This document shows, in pieces, positions 38,902 through 49,408 of a DNA stretch of 64,000 nucleotides. The notes under the pieces were generated by a model that was given only the letters and a program-made list of their open reading frames with translations, had not been told where the DNA came from and did no database searches. Every line of letters starts with the position of its first letter. Within the stretch, counting starts at the first letter, position 1. The translations under genes and the position numbers were made by a program. The stretch is from contig JABIAG010000002.1 of assembly GCA_018653365.1 (NCBI GenBank), positions 32,001-96,000 of the forward strand, in the 5' to 3' direction. The DNA is from Candidatus Woesearchaeota archaeon. Lineage in GTDB: Archaea > Nanobdellota > Nanobdellia > Woesearchaeales > JABIAG01.

Positions 38902-40314
38902 TAATTTCTTTAGAATTTCCATTGCTTTTTTCCCGTCTACTTGTCCTTTGAATTTTGCCATTACCAACCCCATATAAGCTCCCGGATTCAAGCCAGGTTT
39001 TTCTTTTATGATTTCTGAAATTCCTTTTTCAAGATCTGCACTATCTGCTTTTTTAAATTTAGAATAGTCTACTTTTTTTCCTTCGCATTTCATTACTAGA
39101 ACATCTTCTATTGCATCTTTTGATATTTCGTCTTTATCCAACTTTTCAAGTACTTCCATGAAGTCAGTTTCGTTTAGTTTTGAACTATCAATTCCTAATC
39201 TGGATTTGATATCTTTTGGAACATTGATTATGATATTTGCTATAACGTCTGCTTTTAGTTTGAATTTTTTAACATACTTGCTTAAGTCAATTTTTTGTTT
39301 TAATACTTCTTTAGCCATAACATCTGAAATTCCAAATTCTTTTTCTAATTTCAAACTTTTTTCTGTTAGTAATTCAGGTAGTTTAATTTTTTCAATGTCA
39401 TCTTTAGTAATTCGTATGGGTAATATGTCTGTTTCTGGGTATAGTCTTGCCCCGCCCGGCATGGGCCTCATGAATGTTGTACTAAAGTCAGGATTTGCTT
39501 TTCTTACCTCTTTTTTAACCTCTTTATCTTCAGAAACTAGCTTTTGTTGTCGTTCTATTTCTTTTGCTATTACTTTGGGTATGCTTTTTAGATCTTGAAA
39601 TCCTTTTACTTCTACTCTATCTCCCTTTTTTATTGATACGTTAACGTCTTGTCTGATTGTTCCTATTCCTCTTTTTACTCTTTCTGTACTTCTTAGGATC
39701 ATTCCTATTGCTGTTGCGGTTTCTTTTACGTGTTCTGGATCTTTTAGTGATGCATCCGTTGTTATTTCAAGTAAAGCAATTCCCAACCTATCTAATTTGT
39801 ATTTTACTGTGGCATCTGGACTCTTGAGTTTTTGGGCAGCCTCTTCTTCTAAAAATATTGTTGGTATGCCCACTTTTCCTTTTGATGTTTCAATCCATCC
39901 ATTTTTTCCAATCAGCATTGTTCGTTGAAATCCTCCCACGTTTGAACCATCAACTACTGTTTTTCGCATTACCTGCAGTTCATCTACTACGTCTGCGTTT
40001 AATAGTTTACACACCATTATTGCGGTATGTAGGTGATGTTCATTTGCATTGCGAGGGGGTTCTTCATCATAGTCTATTGCACAAGTATCTTCAGAATTTG
40101 AAACATAAACAAATCTTTTTTCTTTTGCCATTTCGTGTGCTGCTGCGACATCTACCTCGCCAGTTTCTCCGACTACTGCTCTTAGTTGCCGTTCTGCTTT
40201 TAGGTCTGGTTTTTTGTCAGAATTGATTGCTGGACAGTTGCAGAATAGTTTTAATCCCTCTAATTGTTGATGAATTTCAATTCCTGCTTTGAATCCTATC
40301 TTGTTATAATCCAT
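38896..40314 (-). CDS. gatE: Glu-tRNA(Gln) amidotransferase subunit E, lacking the AspRS-like insertion
   Basis: GIEIHQQL, MRKTVVDGSNVGGFQRT, LDRLGI, GIGTIRQDVNVSI, RLYPETD. Confidence 0.9.
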   Translation of the reverse strand: MDYNKIGFKAGIEIHQQLEGLKLFCNCPAINSDKKPDLKAERQLRAVVGETGEVDVAAAHEMAKEKRFVYVSNSEDTCAIDYDEEPPRNANEHHLHTAIMVCKLLNADVVDELQVMRKTVVDGSNVGGFQRTMLIGKNGWIETSKGKVGIPTIFLEEEAAQKLKSPDATVKYKLDRLGIALLEITTDASLKDPEHVKETATAIGMILRSTERVKRGIGTIRQDVNVSIKKGDRVEVKGFQDLKSIPKVIAKEIERQQKLVSEDKEVKKEVRKANPDFSTTFMRPMPGGARLYPETDILPIRITKDDIEKIKLPELLTEKSLKLEKEFGISDVMAKEVLKQKIDLSKYVKKFKLKADVIANIIINVPKDIKSRLGIDSSKLNETDFMEVLEKLDKDEISKDAIEDVLVMKCEGKKVDYSKFKKADSADLEKGISEIIKEKPGLNPGAYMGLVMAKFKGQVDGKKAMEILKKLL

Positions 40315-40371
40315 GTTAATTATTAACTTTGTTTGTTTAATAAATGTTTTTAAAAAAAGAAAAATAAAAAA

Positions 40372-41160
40372 TTATTCAGAATTTTCAGTTGCTTCTTCTT
40401 CCTTGATTTCTTCTTCTACTTCTTCAAGGATTTCTTCAGCTTTCTCAAGATCATTGTCTTGAGCTGGTTCTTCACTTGCTTCTTCTGTTGGTGATTCTTC
40501 AACTGCTACTTCTTCTGCAACAGGTTCTTCAGCTACCTCTTCTGTTGGTGATTCTTCAATTGCTACTTCTTCTGCAACAGGTTCTTCAGTTGTTTCTTCT
40601 ACTGGTGATTCTTCAACTGTAACTTCTTCAGGAGTAGGTACTTCTGGTTCTTCAGTTGCCCCTTCTTCTGTCACTTCTACCACCGCATCTCCTGTTGGGA
40701 ATTCATCTTCAACGGCTTCAGCGGTTTCTATTGGGTCGGTTACTTCTTTTGTAATTTCTTCAGCAGGAGCTTCTGCAACAGGTTCTTCTTCAGTTTGTTC
40801 TTTTACTTCTTCTGTAACTTCTTCAGCAGGTTCTTCTTCAGTTTGTTCTTTTACTTCTTCTGCAACCTCTTCAGCTGCTTCTTCGGCCTCAGTTACTTCT
40901 TCACTTGCGTCTTCAGCAGCTTCTTCATCTCCGCTTGGTATTTCTACTGCATCTGCAGCTTTTTCTTCTTCAGGAGCTTTATCTGGTGCATTTTCCATGT
41001 CTTGGATAGTTTGATCTCTTTGTTTTTTTAGATCTTCTAATTGTGCTAGTTTGCTGGGGTTGATCTGATCTCTCATCTTATCCCATTCTAGTACTACAAT
41101 TTTTTTGTCTAATTCTTCTAATTGGGTTTTTAATTCTTGTTTTGTTTCCATGATTATCAC
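40372..41160 (-). CDS. Highly acidic low-complexity protein with EEPVAEEVA/EESP repeats
   Basis: Short coiled-coil N-terminus, then E-rich tandem repeats. Confidence 0.7.
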   Translation of the reverse strand: MIIMETKQELKTQLEELDKKIVVLEWDKMRDQINPSKLAQLEDLKKQRDQTIQDMENAPDKAPEEEKAADAVEIPSGDEEAAEDASEEVTEAEEAAEEVAEEVKEQTEEEPAEEVTEEVKEQTEEEPVAEAPAEEITKEVTDPIETAEAVEDEFPTGDAVVEVTEEGATEEPEVPTPEEVTVEESPVEETTEEPVAEEVAIEESPTEEVAEEPVAEEVAVEESPTEEASEEPAQDNDLEKAEEILEEVEEEIKEEEATENSE

Positions 41161-41205
41161 CTGTATTTATTATAAAAAACGTCTGTGCGTATTTAAAGTT
41201 TAAGG

Positions 41206-41868
41206 TTATTCGGCATCTGCTTTGGTGCTTAGTAGTGCAAATATTGTAAACAGTACTGCAAACTCACAGTATACTGATGCAAATAATATGTTTAAAGAAG
41301 GGAGTATTACTAAAAACACAAGTGCTGGAACTAAACCAACTATTATGCCCGTTAGCAAATATTTTTCTATTTTTTTCTTTTTCTTATTTTTTTCTTTTGG
41401 GAGTCTCTGGATAAGTAAAAAAATAGTATACGCAATAAATGCAAAGTACTGAGCAAAATAGATTCCCACTAACCAGGTTTGGTTTGAAAGTATTGTGCTA
41501 ATTTTGACAAACATTCTTGTGCAGGTAGCAAACACTACAAATCCTGGATTTAACAGGGCATACAAAGAAAATAGGACGGGGGGAGTATACACTAATATTT
41601 GGCTGTGTCGTTTACGCAAGTAACGTAAAACAAAATGTAATCCTATTGCAGGTAGAAAAGTATATGTGATAAATCCTGCTCTTGCCCATATGTGGGGAGT
41701 TCCAGTAGTGCATATAAGAAATTCAAATAATTGATACAAACCTAGTACGTATAGTAGTATTCCAAATCCAAGATTAGCCACACTTTTTTTTCTGAAGAAT
41801 ATAAGATAAGAAGCAACAACAAATTCGATTATGAATGTGGTTAATGAAATTATTGGTGTAAAACACAT
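41206..41868 (-). CDS. 7-TM membrane protein
   Basis: MCFTP..., YQLFEFLIC, SVYCEFA. Confidence 0.65.
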   Translation of the reverse strand: MCFTPIISLTTFIIEFVVASYLIFFRKKSVANLGFGILLYVLGLYQLFEFLICTTGTPHIWARAGFITYTFLPAIGLHFVLRYLRKRHSQILVYTPPVLFSLYALLNPGFVVFATCTRMFVKISTILSNQTWLVGIYFAQYFAFIAYTIFLLIQRLPKEKNKKKKKIEKYLLTGIIVGLVPALVFLVILPSLNILFASVYCEFAVLFTIFALLSTKADAE

Positions 41869-41872
41869 GTTA

Positions 41873-42880
41873 TCAGCCTATTCGGTTTACGCATTTTTTT
41901 CCTGCAAAACATTTTAAGTTATTAATTGTGGTATCTAATATTCTTATTATTGCTTCTTTGGAATTGAATGCGTTGTGTGGTGTTATTATTACATTTTTTT
42001 GTTCGGTTAAAATATGTTCTTCTAGTATTAACTTAATATCTTTTTCTTGTGTTTCTAGGTATTTTTGTGAAAGTAATACTGATTCTTCGGGAATAAAGGT
42101 TTCATTTTCTAATACATCTAGTGCTACGCCTGATAAAATATTCTTTTTCAAACCGGATAATAATGCGGATGTTTCGATCACTTTTCCTCTGGATGTGTTA
42201 ATAATGTAGCTTCCCTTCTTCATATATTTAATATTACTGATATTAATTAAGTGATGGGTGTGTTCGTTTAGAGGAACATGAAATGTTAGTATGTCTGCAT
42301 TTCGTAAGATGTGATCAAAGCTTTTGTAAGTTACTCCAAACTTTTTTGCAAATTTCTTATCTTGATGCAAATCAAATGCGATTATGTTCATCTCAAACCC
42401 GTATGCGATTCGTGCTACGTGTTTTCCAATGTTTCCCAACCCAATTATTCCTATGGTTTTGTCTTTTAGGTCAAATCCTCTTATTCCTTCTAGGTCAAAG
42501 TGTCCCATTCTAACCTTATTAACTGATTTGGGTATTTTACGAGAAAGTGCCAAAAGTAAAGCAAACGTGTGTTCTGCTACCGTGTTCTCACCATATGTTG
42601 GAACGTTTAGTACAGGAATGTTTCTTTTTTTACATTCTGCTACATCAATATGGTCATAGCCTGTTGATCGTGTTGAAATAACTTTTAGTTTTGGTAACAG
42701 GTCTAGTAGTTCTTTTCGTACTTTTGAATATACAAATACGCTTAGGCCTTCATAATTTTTTATTTTCTTTGCTGCGTTAGTGGTTAAATGTCCTGAAAAG
42801 AACTTTAAAGTGTGTTTTTTCATTTCTTTTTTCAAATACTCTTTTTCCCAGGGTTCCACATCAAAGAATGCTATTTTCAT
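41873..42880 (-). CDS. D-lactate/D-2-hydroxyacid dehydrogenase
   Basis: RSTGYDHID, VAEH, GLGNIG, INTSRG, LDVLE, TPHNAF. Confidence 0.9.
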   Translation of the reverse strand: MKIAFFDVEPWEKEYLKKEMKKHTLKFFSGHLTTNAAKKIKNYEGLSVFVYSKVRKELLDLLPKLKVISTRSTGYDHIDVAECKKRNIPVLNVPTYGENTVAEHTFALLLALSRKIPKSVNKVRMGHFDLEGIRGFDLKDKTIGIIGLGNIGKHVARIAYGFEMNIIAFDLHQDKKFAKKFGVTYKSFDHILRNADILTFHVPLNEHTHHLINISNIKYMKKGSYIINTSRGKVIETSALLSGLKKNILSGVALDVLENETFIPEESVLLSQKYLETQEKDIKLILEEHILTEQKNVIITPHNAFNSKEAIIRILDTTINNLKCFAGKKCVNRIG

Positions 42881-42938
42881 CTTAATATGCTTTAACAAAA
42901 AACTAGTATTTATATATTTCCTTTTTATTCATGAAACT

Positions 42939-43469
42939 ATGAAGATTACTATTGCTGGAACTCCTGGAAGTGGTAAGTCTACCGTGGGCAAACTACTCGC
43001 TAAACAACTTAATTATAGTTATTATGATGTTGGCGGGTTAAGAAGGGAGATTGCTAGGAAAAGAGGAATTACTATTGAACAACTGAATGTTATTGGTGAA
43101 ACTGAGTCCTGGACTGATACTGAGGTTGATAATTCTATCAAAGAAATGGGCAAGAAACAGGATGATATTGTTGTGGTGGGTAGGACTGCGTTTCATTTTA
43201 TTCCTGATTCATTAAAAGTTTTTTTAGAGTGTGATTTAGAGGCTGGTGCAAAAAGAATTTTCAAAGGAAAGAAACGTGCTACTGAGAATTATTACTCATT
43301 ACAATCAGCAATTAAAAAGTTGAAAGAAAGAATAGATTCTGATAAGGCACGTTATAAAAAATATTACAATTTAGATCCTTATAATAAAACAAATTTTGAT
43401 CTCATGATTGATTCTACTAATCTAACTATTAAAGAAGTGATGAATAAGATTCTTGATTTCATTGAGTAA
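42939..43469 (+). CDS. cmk: Archaeal-type cytidylate kinase
   Basis: ITIAGTPGSGKST, RYKKYY, DLMIDST; ATG at 42939. Confidence 0.85.
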   Translation: MKITIAGTPGSGKSTVGKLLAKQLNYSYYDVGGLRREIARKRGITIEQLNVIGETESWTDTEVDNSIKEMGKKQDDIVVVGRTAFHFIPDSLKVFLECDLEAGAKRIFKGKKRATENYYSLQSAIKKLKERIDSDKARYKKYYNLDPYNKTNFDLMIDSTNLTIKEVMNKILDFIE

Positions 43470-43493
43470 AAAAAGAAAAAAATAATGTTTTTT

Positions 43494-44114
43494 TTATTTT
43501 GCGTGGAATAGATAAGATTGAGCGGTCTCATGTTCTCGAGGCAAGATTTCCGTTGTAACCCTTTTAATCTCACGAGCCATTGCAGCATGTATTGCTTCTA
43601 CTGCTTCTACTTCTTCATCGCCTAACGAGTCCTTATTCGTTCTTGCATATTTAAGTGTCTGATCACTTACTGTTTGCAGCATTCTCCAACCTGCCGCTTC
43701 TGCTCGAAGGGTATCTTCTATTTCTTTAACGCCGTCTTTTATTCCGTCTTTCGAAATAGTTTTTCTCATAATTTTTGTAAGTAATCGCATTTTTAAGCTA
43801 TTTCTTCTGGTTTTTAAGTCTTCTATTGTTTCATAAACTTTACTTAGCCAGTGTCTGATATTTTTGTATTCTTCAGCTTTTGCCGCTGCACTTTTTTTAA
43901 TTTCAAGAGGTTCACTTTGGACTGGGACTTCTTTTCTGGTTCCATTCATTACTGGTTTATAGTCTTTAGCAGTTGCTTTTGCTCCCCCTAATACACTTAA
44001 TAACAGTGCAGCAATTCCAATTTGTAATGCACGATTGTGAGATTTAGAAACACGTTTAAGTTCATCTTTTACTTTTCTTGCAATTCTTTTAAAATTCATT
44101 TGATTTTCCTCCAA
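43494..44114 (-). CDS. Orphan protein with an internal signal/TM segment
   Basis: Basic N-terminus then ALQIGIAALLLSVLGG; GGAGG SD. Confidence 0.55.
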   Translation of the reverse strand: MEENQMNFKRIARKVKDELKRVSKSHNRALQIGIAALLLSVLGGAKATAKDYKPVMNGTRKEVPVQSEPLEIKKSAAAKAEEYKNIRHWLSKVYETIEDLKTRRNSLKMRLLTKIMRKTISKDGIKDGVKEIEDTLRAEAAGWRMLQTVSDQTLKYARTNKDSLGDEEVEAVEAIHAAMAREIKRVTTEILPREHETAQSYLFHAK

Positions 44115-44269
44115 GTAATGTATGTTTGTTTTTTGGTGTTAACATATTTAAATACTTCGTTTTTAAAAATTGTATTTCTGGATTAGTAAACTTTATACAA
44201 CGTCACTCTGTTCCGAGCATAAAGTTTTCTTTGAAAAACTTTATAAAAGACCCTATTTCTACAATTATC

Positions 44270-44896
44270 ATGACACATAAATTTATTGAAGTGGAATATA
44301 CGGGTAAACTTACTGATGGTACGGTGTTTGACACTACTGATGAAAAGACGGCTAAAGAGAATAATCTTCATGATCCTAAACTTTCTTATGGTCCTCTAAC
44401 TATTTGCATGGGTGAGGGACATCTTATCAAGGGTTTAGAAGAACAAATCAGGGATAAGGGAACTGGATCTTACACAATAGAACTTGAATCAGAAAAAGCT
44501 TTTGGAAAACGTGATGCTAAACTTATTCAACTTGTTCCGTTAAAGAAGTTTACAGAACAAAATATTAAACCCTTTCCTGGATTACAATTAAACGTGGATA
44601 ATGCTATGGCAACTGTTAAGACTGTTTCTGGTGGACGGTGTATGGTTGATTTTAATCATCCTTTGGCAGGTAAAGACATCGTTTATGACATAAAGATAAA
44701 CAAAGAAGTGACTGATGATCTCGAAAAAGTTAAAGGCTTATTAGAAGTTGAGATGAGAGCAAAGCCTAAAGTGGATCTTAAAGAGGACACAATAACAATC
44801 AAAGGCATAAAGAAAGAGGCTCAAGAACTTGTTAAAAAGAGGCTTTCTGAATTTGTAGACAAGAAAATAGTGTTTGAAGAAGATAAAAGTTCTTAA
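44270..44896 (+). CDS. FKBP-type peptidyl-prolyl isomerase (long archaeal type)
   Basis: EYTGKL.DG.VFDTT, AFGKRD, VDFNHPLAGK. Confidence 0.9.
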   Translation: MTHKFIEVEYTGKLTDGTVFDTTDEKTAKENNLHDPKLSYGPLTICMGEGHLIKGLEEQIRDKGTGSYTIELESEKAFGKRDAKLIQLVPLKKFTEQNIKPFPGLQLNVDNAMATVKTVSGGRCMVDFNHPLAGKDIVYDIKINKEVTDDLEKVKGLLEVEMRAKPKVDLKEDTITIKGIKKEAQELVKKRLSEFVDKKIVFEEDKSS

Positions 44897-44932
44897 ATAA
44901 ACTATCCGAGTATTTACTAGGAGAGAAATTAA

Positions 44933-46081
44933 ATGGATCAAGAAGAACCGGTTATTCAATCAGAACAAGAACAACCTGAGCAGCAGCCCGAGGAGGGTGT
45001 TGAAAATTTTGCTGAAGTAGCAGAACAGTATTCTTCTAATAGATTAGATGAAGAACTAGAAAAAGTTTTAGCTACTCATAAAGCTACCATTAAAGTTATT
45101 GGTTCTGGTGGTGGTGGAAACAACACTATTAATAGACTTACAGAAGTAGGTATTACTGGTTGTGAAACTATTGCTATTAACACTGATGCTCAAGATTTAC
45201 TTTATACTAGTGCTGATAAGAAAATTCTTATTGGACGTGAAACCACTAAAGGTCTTGGTGCAGGTTCTATGCCTAAATTAGGTGAAGAAGCTGCAAAAGA
45301 ATCTGAACATGAAATAAGAAAAGCATTAGATGGTGCAGATCTTGTTTTTGTTACTTGCGGAATGGGTGGTGGAACAGGTACTGGGTCCGTTCCTGTTGTT
45401 GCAGACATCGCTAAAAAGATGAAAGCATTAACCGTTGCAATTGTTACCATGCCTTTCACAATGGAAGGTCAAAAAAGGTATGAAAACGCAATTCAGGGAT
45501 TAGAACGTCTTGAGGGTATTGTCGATACTCTTATTGTAATTCCGAATGATAAACTTATTGAATTAGCTCCTGATCTTCCTTTACATACTGCTTTCAAAGT
45601 TTCTGATGAAATTTTAACCAATTCAGTTAAGGGAATTGCAGAGCTTGTTACGAGAGCAGGATTAGTAAACTTAGATTTTGCTGATATTCGTACTGTTATG
45701 GGTGATGGTGGAGTTGCTTTAATTGGGGTTGGTGAGGCGGATTCTGATAATCGTGCTCAGGAAGCTGTTGAGAAAGCTATTAATAATCCTTTGTTAGATG
45801 TTGATGTTTCTGGTGCAACTGGTGCATTAATTAATGTTTCTGGGGGTCAATCTATGACTTTGGAAGAAGCACGTCAAGTTATTGCTACTGTTTCTGATCG
45901 TTTGGATCAGGATGCAAGAGTTATTTGGGGCGCGCAAATTTCTGAAGATCTTAAGAACACACTTAGAGTTTTATTAATCATTACTGGAGTTAAGTCTTCG
46001 CAAATATTTGGTTCTGAAAGAACTCGTACGCAGGTAAATCAGGATGAAATAGAGGGCGATTTAGGCATCGATTTTATTTAA
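44933..46081 (+). CDS. ftsZ: Cell division protein FtsZ
   Basis: [30 protein letters not shown]; ftsZ-secE-spt5-rpl11 synteny. Confidence 0.97.
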   Translation: MDQEEPVIQSEQEQPEQQPEEGVENFAEVAEQYSSNRLDEELEKVLATHKATIKVIGSGGGGNNTINRLTEVGITGCETIAINTDAQDLLYTSADKKILIGRETTKGLGAGSMPKLGEEAAKESEHEIRKALDGADLVFVTCGMGGGTGTGSVPVVADIAKKMKALTVAIVTMPFTMEGQKRYENAIQGLERLEGIVDTLIVIPNDKLIELAPDLPLHTAFKVSDEILTNSVKGIAELVTRAGLVNLDFADIRTVMGDGGVALIGVGEADSDNRAQEAVEKAINNPLLDVDVSGATGALINVSGGQSMTLEEARQVIATVSDRLDQDARVIWGAQISEDLKNTLRVLLIITGVKSSQIFGSERTRTQVNQDEIEGDLGIDFI

Positions 46082-46125
46082 AAAACCGCAACCTTTTTAA
46101 GTTAACTCTTTCTTTTTATTTAAAT

Positions 46126-46320
46126 ATGGATCATCAATATAAGCGTAGTTTATGGACTAAAATCAAAAGCTTTTTAATTGAAAGTAAAAGAGTCCTTAAA
46201 ATTACAAAGAAGCCTTCCCAAGAAGAGTTTAAAACCATTGTTAAAATGTCTGGTTTAGGGATTTTAATTATTGGGGTGATTGGTTTCGTTATTCAAATCA
46301 TTGCGACGTTAATAAAATGA
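46126..46320 (+). CDS. secE: Protein translocase SecE/Sec61-gamma
   Basis: RVLKITKKPSQEEF...GILIIGVIGF. Confidence 0.92.
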   Translation: MDHQYKRSLWTKIKSFLIESKRVLKITKKPSQEEFKTIVKMSGLGILIIGVIGFVIQIIATLIK

Positions 46321-46784
46321 AAAAAATAAACACTAAAATATTTGCTTTAAGAACTACTGCAAGTAGAGAGGATCAGGTACTAGATTTTGTTTCTGCTAAA
46401 GCTGAAAAGGAAAAGTTAGCAGTTTATTCAGTTATTAGACCGCATGGTATGAAAGGTTATATTTTTATGGAAGCTGAAGATAGACAAGCTGCTGAACATG
46501 CTGCTTTTAATGTTAGTTATGCTAAGGGAATTCTTCCTAACGAAGTTGATTATAACGAAATTGAACACATGCTTGCCCAAGTTAAAAGAGAGTATAATAT
46601 CAAACAAGGGGATGTTTGTGAGATTGTTTCTGGTCCGTTTAAGAGAGAACAGGCTAAAATTACTAGAGTTGATGCTGTTAAAGAAGAGGTTGTTGTAGAA
46701 TTATTAGAGTCTGCAGTTCCAATTCCAATAACTGTAAAGATGGATGCAGTTAAGGTTGTTCGTAGAGATAAGGATGATGAATAA
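46317..46784 (+). CDS. spt5: Transcription elongation factor Spt5 (NusG family)
   Basis: KGYIFMEA, KOW motif GDVCEIVSGPFK, VPIPITV. Confidence 0.93.
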   Translation: MKKINTKIFALRTTASREDQVLDFVSAKAEKEKLAVYSVIRPHGMKGYIFMEAEDRQAAEHAAFNVSYAKGILPNEVDYNEIEHMLAQVKREYNIKQGDVCEIVSGPFKREQAKITRVDAVKEEVVVELLESAVPIPITVKMDAVKVVRRDKDDE

Positions 46785-46874
46785 TAACATCTATTGGAAA
46801 TCAGTTTGTTTTCTTTATTCTGAGCATAAATTTTCTTAGAAAACTTTATAAACGCTCTATAAATTCTTATAATT

Positions 46875-47636
46875 ATGGGAACTGAAACTATAGAACAACT
46901 TGTACAGGGTGGTAAAGCTACTGCTGCACCGCCGCTAGGTCCTGCTTTAGGTCCAATGGGTGTTAATATAGGTGAAGTTATAGCTAAAATAAATGAGAAA
47001 ACTGCTTCCTTCAATGGTATGCAAGTTCCTGTTTCTATTATTGTTGATACTGATACTAAAGCTTTTGAGATTGAGGTGGGAACACCGCCTGCGTCTGCAT
47101 TAATTAAATCTGAAGCTAAAATTAGTAAGGGTTCTAGTAGTTCTGCTTCTGATAAGGTTGCTGATTTAAAGATTGAACAGACGATTAAAATTGCTAAAAT
47201 GAAAGAGTCGGGTCTTTTAGGTAAAACTTTGAAAGAGAAAGTTAAAGAGATTATTGGTACGTGTGTTTCTATGGGTGTTATGGTTGAGGGTGTTGATGCA
47301 AAGGATGCTATTGCCCTAGTTAATGAGGGTAAATTTGATCAAGAAATCAAAGATGAAAAAACTGAATTGTCTGCTGAAGAGTTAAAAGAGCAAGAAGCGG
47401 AAAGACAAAAATTACAAGCCGAAATTAAAGAAAGACATGCTGAGTTTGAAGCAAGAGTTAAAGCGATTGTTGCAGAAATGCCAGGTCAAACCGCTTCTGA
47501 GATCAAGAAAAGAATGCAGGAAGAAGAGATTCCTGAAGAAATCTTCAAAGAATTCTTACCTAAAGAGGAAGCTGCTGCAGAAGGCGCTGAGGGTGCTAAA
47601 GAAGGAGAAGCACCTAAAGAAGAAGAGAAGAAATAG
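46875..47636 (+). CDS. rpl11: 50S ribosomal protein L11 with a long acidic C-terminal extension
   Basis: GGKATAAPPLGPALGPMGVN, GTCVSMGV. Confidence 0.93.
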   Translation: MGTETIEQLVQGGKATAAPPLGPALGPMGVNIGEVIAKINEKTASFNGMQVPVSIIVDTDTKAFEIEVGTPPASALIKSEAKISKGSSSSASDKVADLKIEQTIKIAKMKESGLLGKTLKEKVKEIIGTCVSMGVMVEGVDAKDAIALVNEGKFDQEIKDEKTELSAEELKEQEAERQKLQAEIKERHAEFEARVKAIVAEMPGQTASEIKKRMQEEEIPEEIFKEFLPKEEAAAEGAEGAKEGEAPKEEEKK

Positions 47637-47639
47637 TAA

Positions 47640-48395
47640 CTACCACATACTTTTTGATTTTTTATATTTTATATTCATTTCATCTAATAAATTAACAATG
47701 CGTTCTTTTTCTTGTCCTAACCCTTTCCAGTCTAGTGCCACTAGTGATGGTTTTGGAATTGTTTTTTCTATTGCCTGAGTAATCATTTCTGAATCCAGAT
47801 TTGCTAGAGCATATTTTGGACAGATGTGTCCAACTGCATATTCTGTTCTTTCCATTATTTTATTTGCTGCACTATTATAATGTCCACCACCCAACAACAC
47901 ACAACTCTTTCCGGATAATTTTTTTACAAATACTTTTTTAATGCAGTCTGCGATTATTTTTCCGTATCGTTTATCTGTCCACTCTTTTTCGCTGCTTCCT
48001 ATTTCTACAAACATGCAGGCATTTCCAACGCTTGGTCCGTGATGTGTTACTTCTAAGGTTACATCACCCTCAAACTCTTCTGAATATTTTTTTAACTCTA
48101 AATAGAACTCTTTCAAGTATAATGCGGGTGCAATTCCCAACTCTCCTTCTTTCCCCCCTAATTCTGCTCTTCCCCAGTTTCCTTGGGTGTGGCAGGTTAA
48201 CGAGGCCTGTCTAGACTCACTTTGGTGACGCGTAGCAAACACAATCAAATCTGCTTCTACCTCTTCATCAATATTTTCACACTCTATGCTATCTTTATCT
48301 ACTTCATGTAAGAACATATTTGAAGGTAATTCTGTAAGAAACTCTTTAATATTCTGTGATGCTTTCTTATTAGTTATTATTATTGCTACTTTCAT
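47640..48395 (-). CDS. dtdA: D-aminoacyl-tRNA deacylase (DTD2/GEK1)
   Basis: FATRH, LTCH..GN, EVTHHGP, FVEIGS, GGGHY, GHICPKY. Confidence 0.9.
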   Translation of the reverse strand: MKVAIIITNKKASQNIKEFLTELPSNMFLHEVDKDSIECENIDEEVEADLIVFATRHQSESRQASLTCHTQGNWGRAELGGKEGELGIAPALYLKEFYLELKKYSEEFEGDVTLEVTHHGPSVGNACMFVEIGSSEKEWTDKRYGKIIADCIKKVFVKKLSGKSCVLLGGGHYNSAANKIMERTEYAVGHICPKYALANLDSEMITQAIEKTIPKPSLVALDWKGLGQEKERIVNLLDEMNIKYKKSKSMW

Positions 48396-48495
48396 TTTGT
48401 TTATTTAATTTGGTTGTGTTTAAATAACTTTTCTGTTTCTGTTGTATGTCTCACTACTACACACTTTCTTATACTTGCTTAATCAGTTTAGTTTT

Positions 48496-49407
48496 ATGAA
48501 ACATGTTATTGAATCTCAACAGTTTGACAAAGAGACTCTTATTGAAATATTCAACAAAGCCGAAGAATTAAGAACTGCTTCTTCTAATATTTTAACTGGA
48601 AAAGTTTTAGCAACTCTTTTTTACGAACCCAGTACGCGGACTAGACTTAGTTTTGAGTCTGCAATGTTGAAATTAGGGGGTGATGTTATTGGAACAGAGA
48701 ACGCAAGTGAGTTTTCTTCTGCTGTCAAAGGAGAGTCATTACAGGACACAATTCGAATTGTTTCTTCTTATGTTGATGTGATTGTTTTAAGACATTTTGA
48801 GACAGGTTCGGCCAAGGTTGCTTCTGAAGTTAGTTCAGTTCCAGTTATTAATGCGGGGGATGGTTCTGGGCAACATCCCACTCAAGCAATATTGGATTTG
48901 TACACTATTTGGAGAGAGCAAGGTGGATTGGATAATTTAACTATATTAATGGTTGGAGACTTGAAGTATGGCAGAACAGTTAGCTCTCTTTGCTATTTAT
49001 TAGGTAAATTCAAAGATAACAAGATCATTTTTATCTCCCCTTCAAACTTAAAAATAAAGTCTGGAATAAAAGAGTACTTGGAAAAACACGATACTAATTT
49101 TGAAGAAAGTTCTGAATTAAACCCTCATTTACAAATTGCAGATGTTATTTACTTGACAAGAATTCAAAAAGAAAGAATGTCTGAAGAAGAATACAATAAT
49201 GCAAAAGGATTGTATGGTATTAACCAAGACAATTTCCATTTATTGAAAGAGAGCGCGAGATTAATGCACCCTCTTCCTCATATTGAAGAAATATGTCTTC
49301 CATTGGCTGTTGAGGGTTCTGATAAGCGAGTAGCGTATTTTAGGCAAGCAGAGAATGGTTTGTATGTACGAATGGCTTTGTTGTTGCGTTTGTTAAGTTC
49401 TAGTTGA
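48496..49407 (+). CDS. pyrB: Aspartate carbamoyltransferase catalytic subunit
   Basis: FYEPSTRTRLSF, HPTQ, GDLKYGRTV, TRIQKER, MHPLP. Confidence 0.95.
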   Translation: MKHVIESQQFDKETLIEIFNKAEELRTASSNILTGKVLATLFYEPSTRTRLSFESAMLKLGGDVIGTENASEFSSAVKGESLQDTIRIVSSYVDVIVLRHFETGSAKVASEVSSVPVINAGDGSGQHPTQAILDLYTIWREQGGLDNLTILMVGDLKYGRTVSSLCYLLGKFKDNKIIFISPSNLKIKSGIKEYLEKHDTNFEESSELNPHLQIADVIYLTRIQKERMSEEEYNNAKGLYGINQDNFHLLKESARLMHPLPHIEEICLPLAVEGSDKRVAYFRQAENGLYVRMALLLRLLSSS

Positions 49408-49408
49408 A

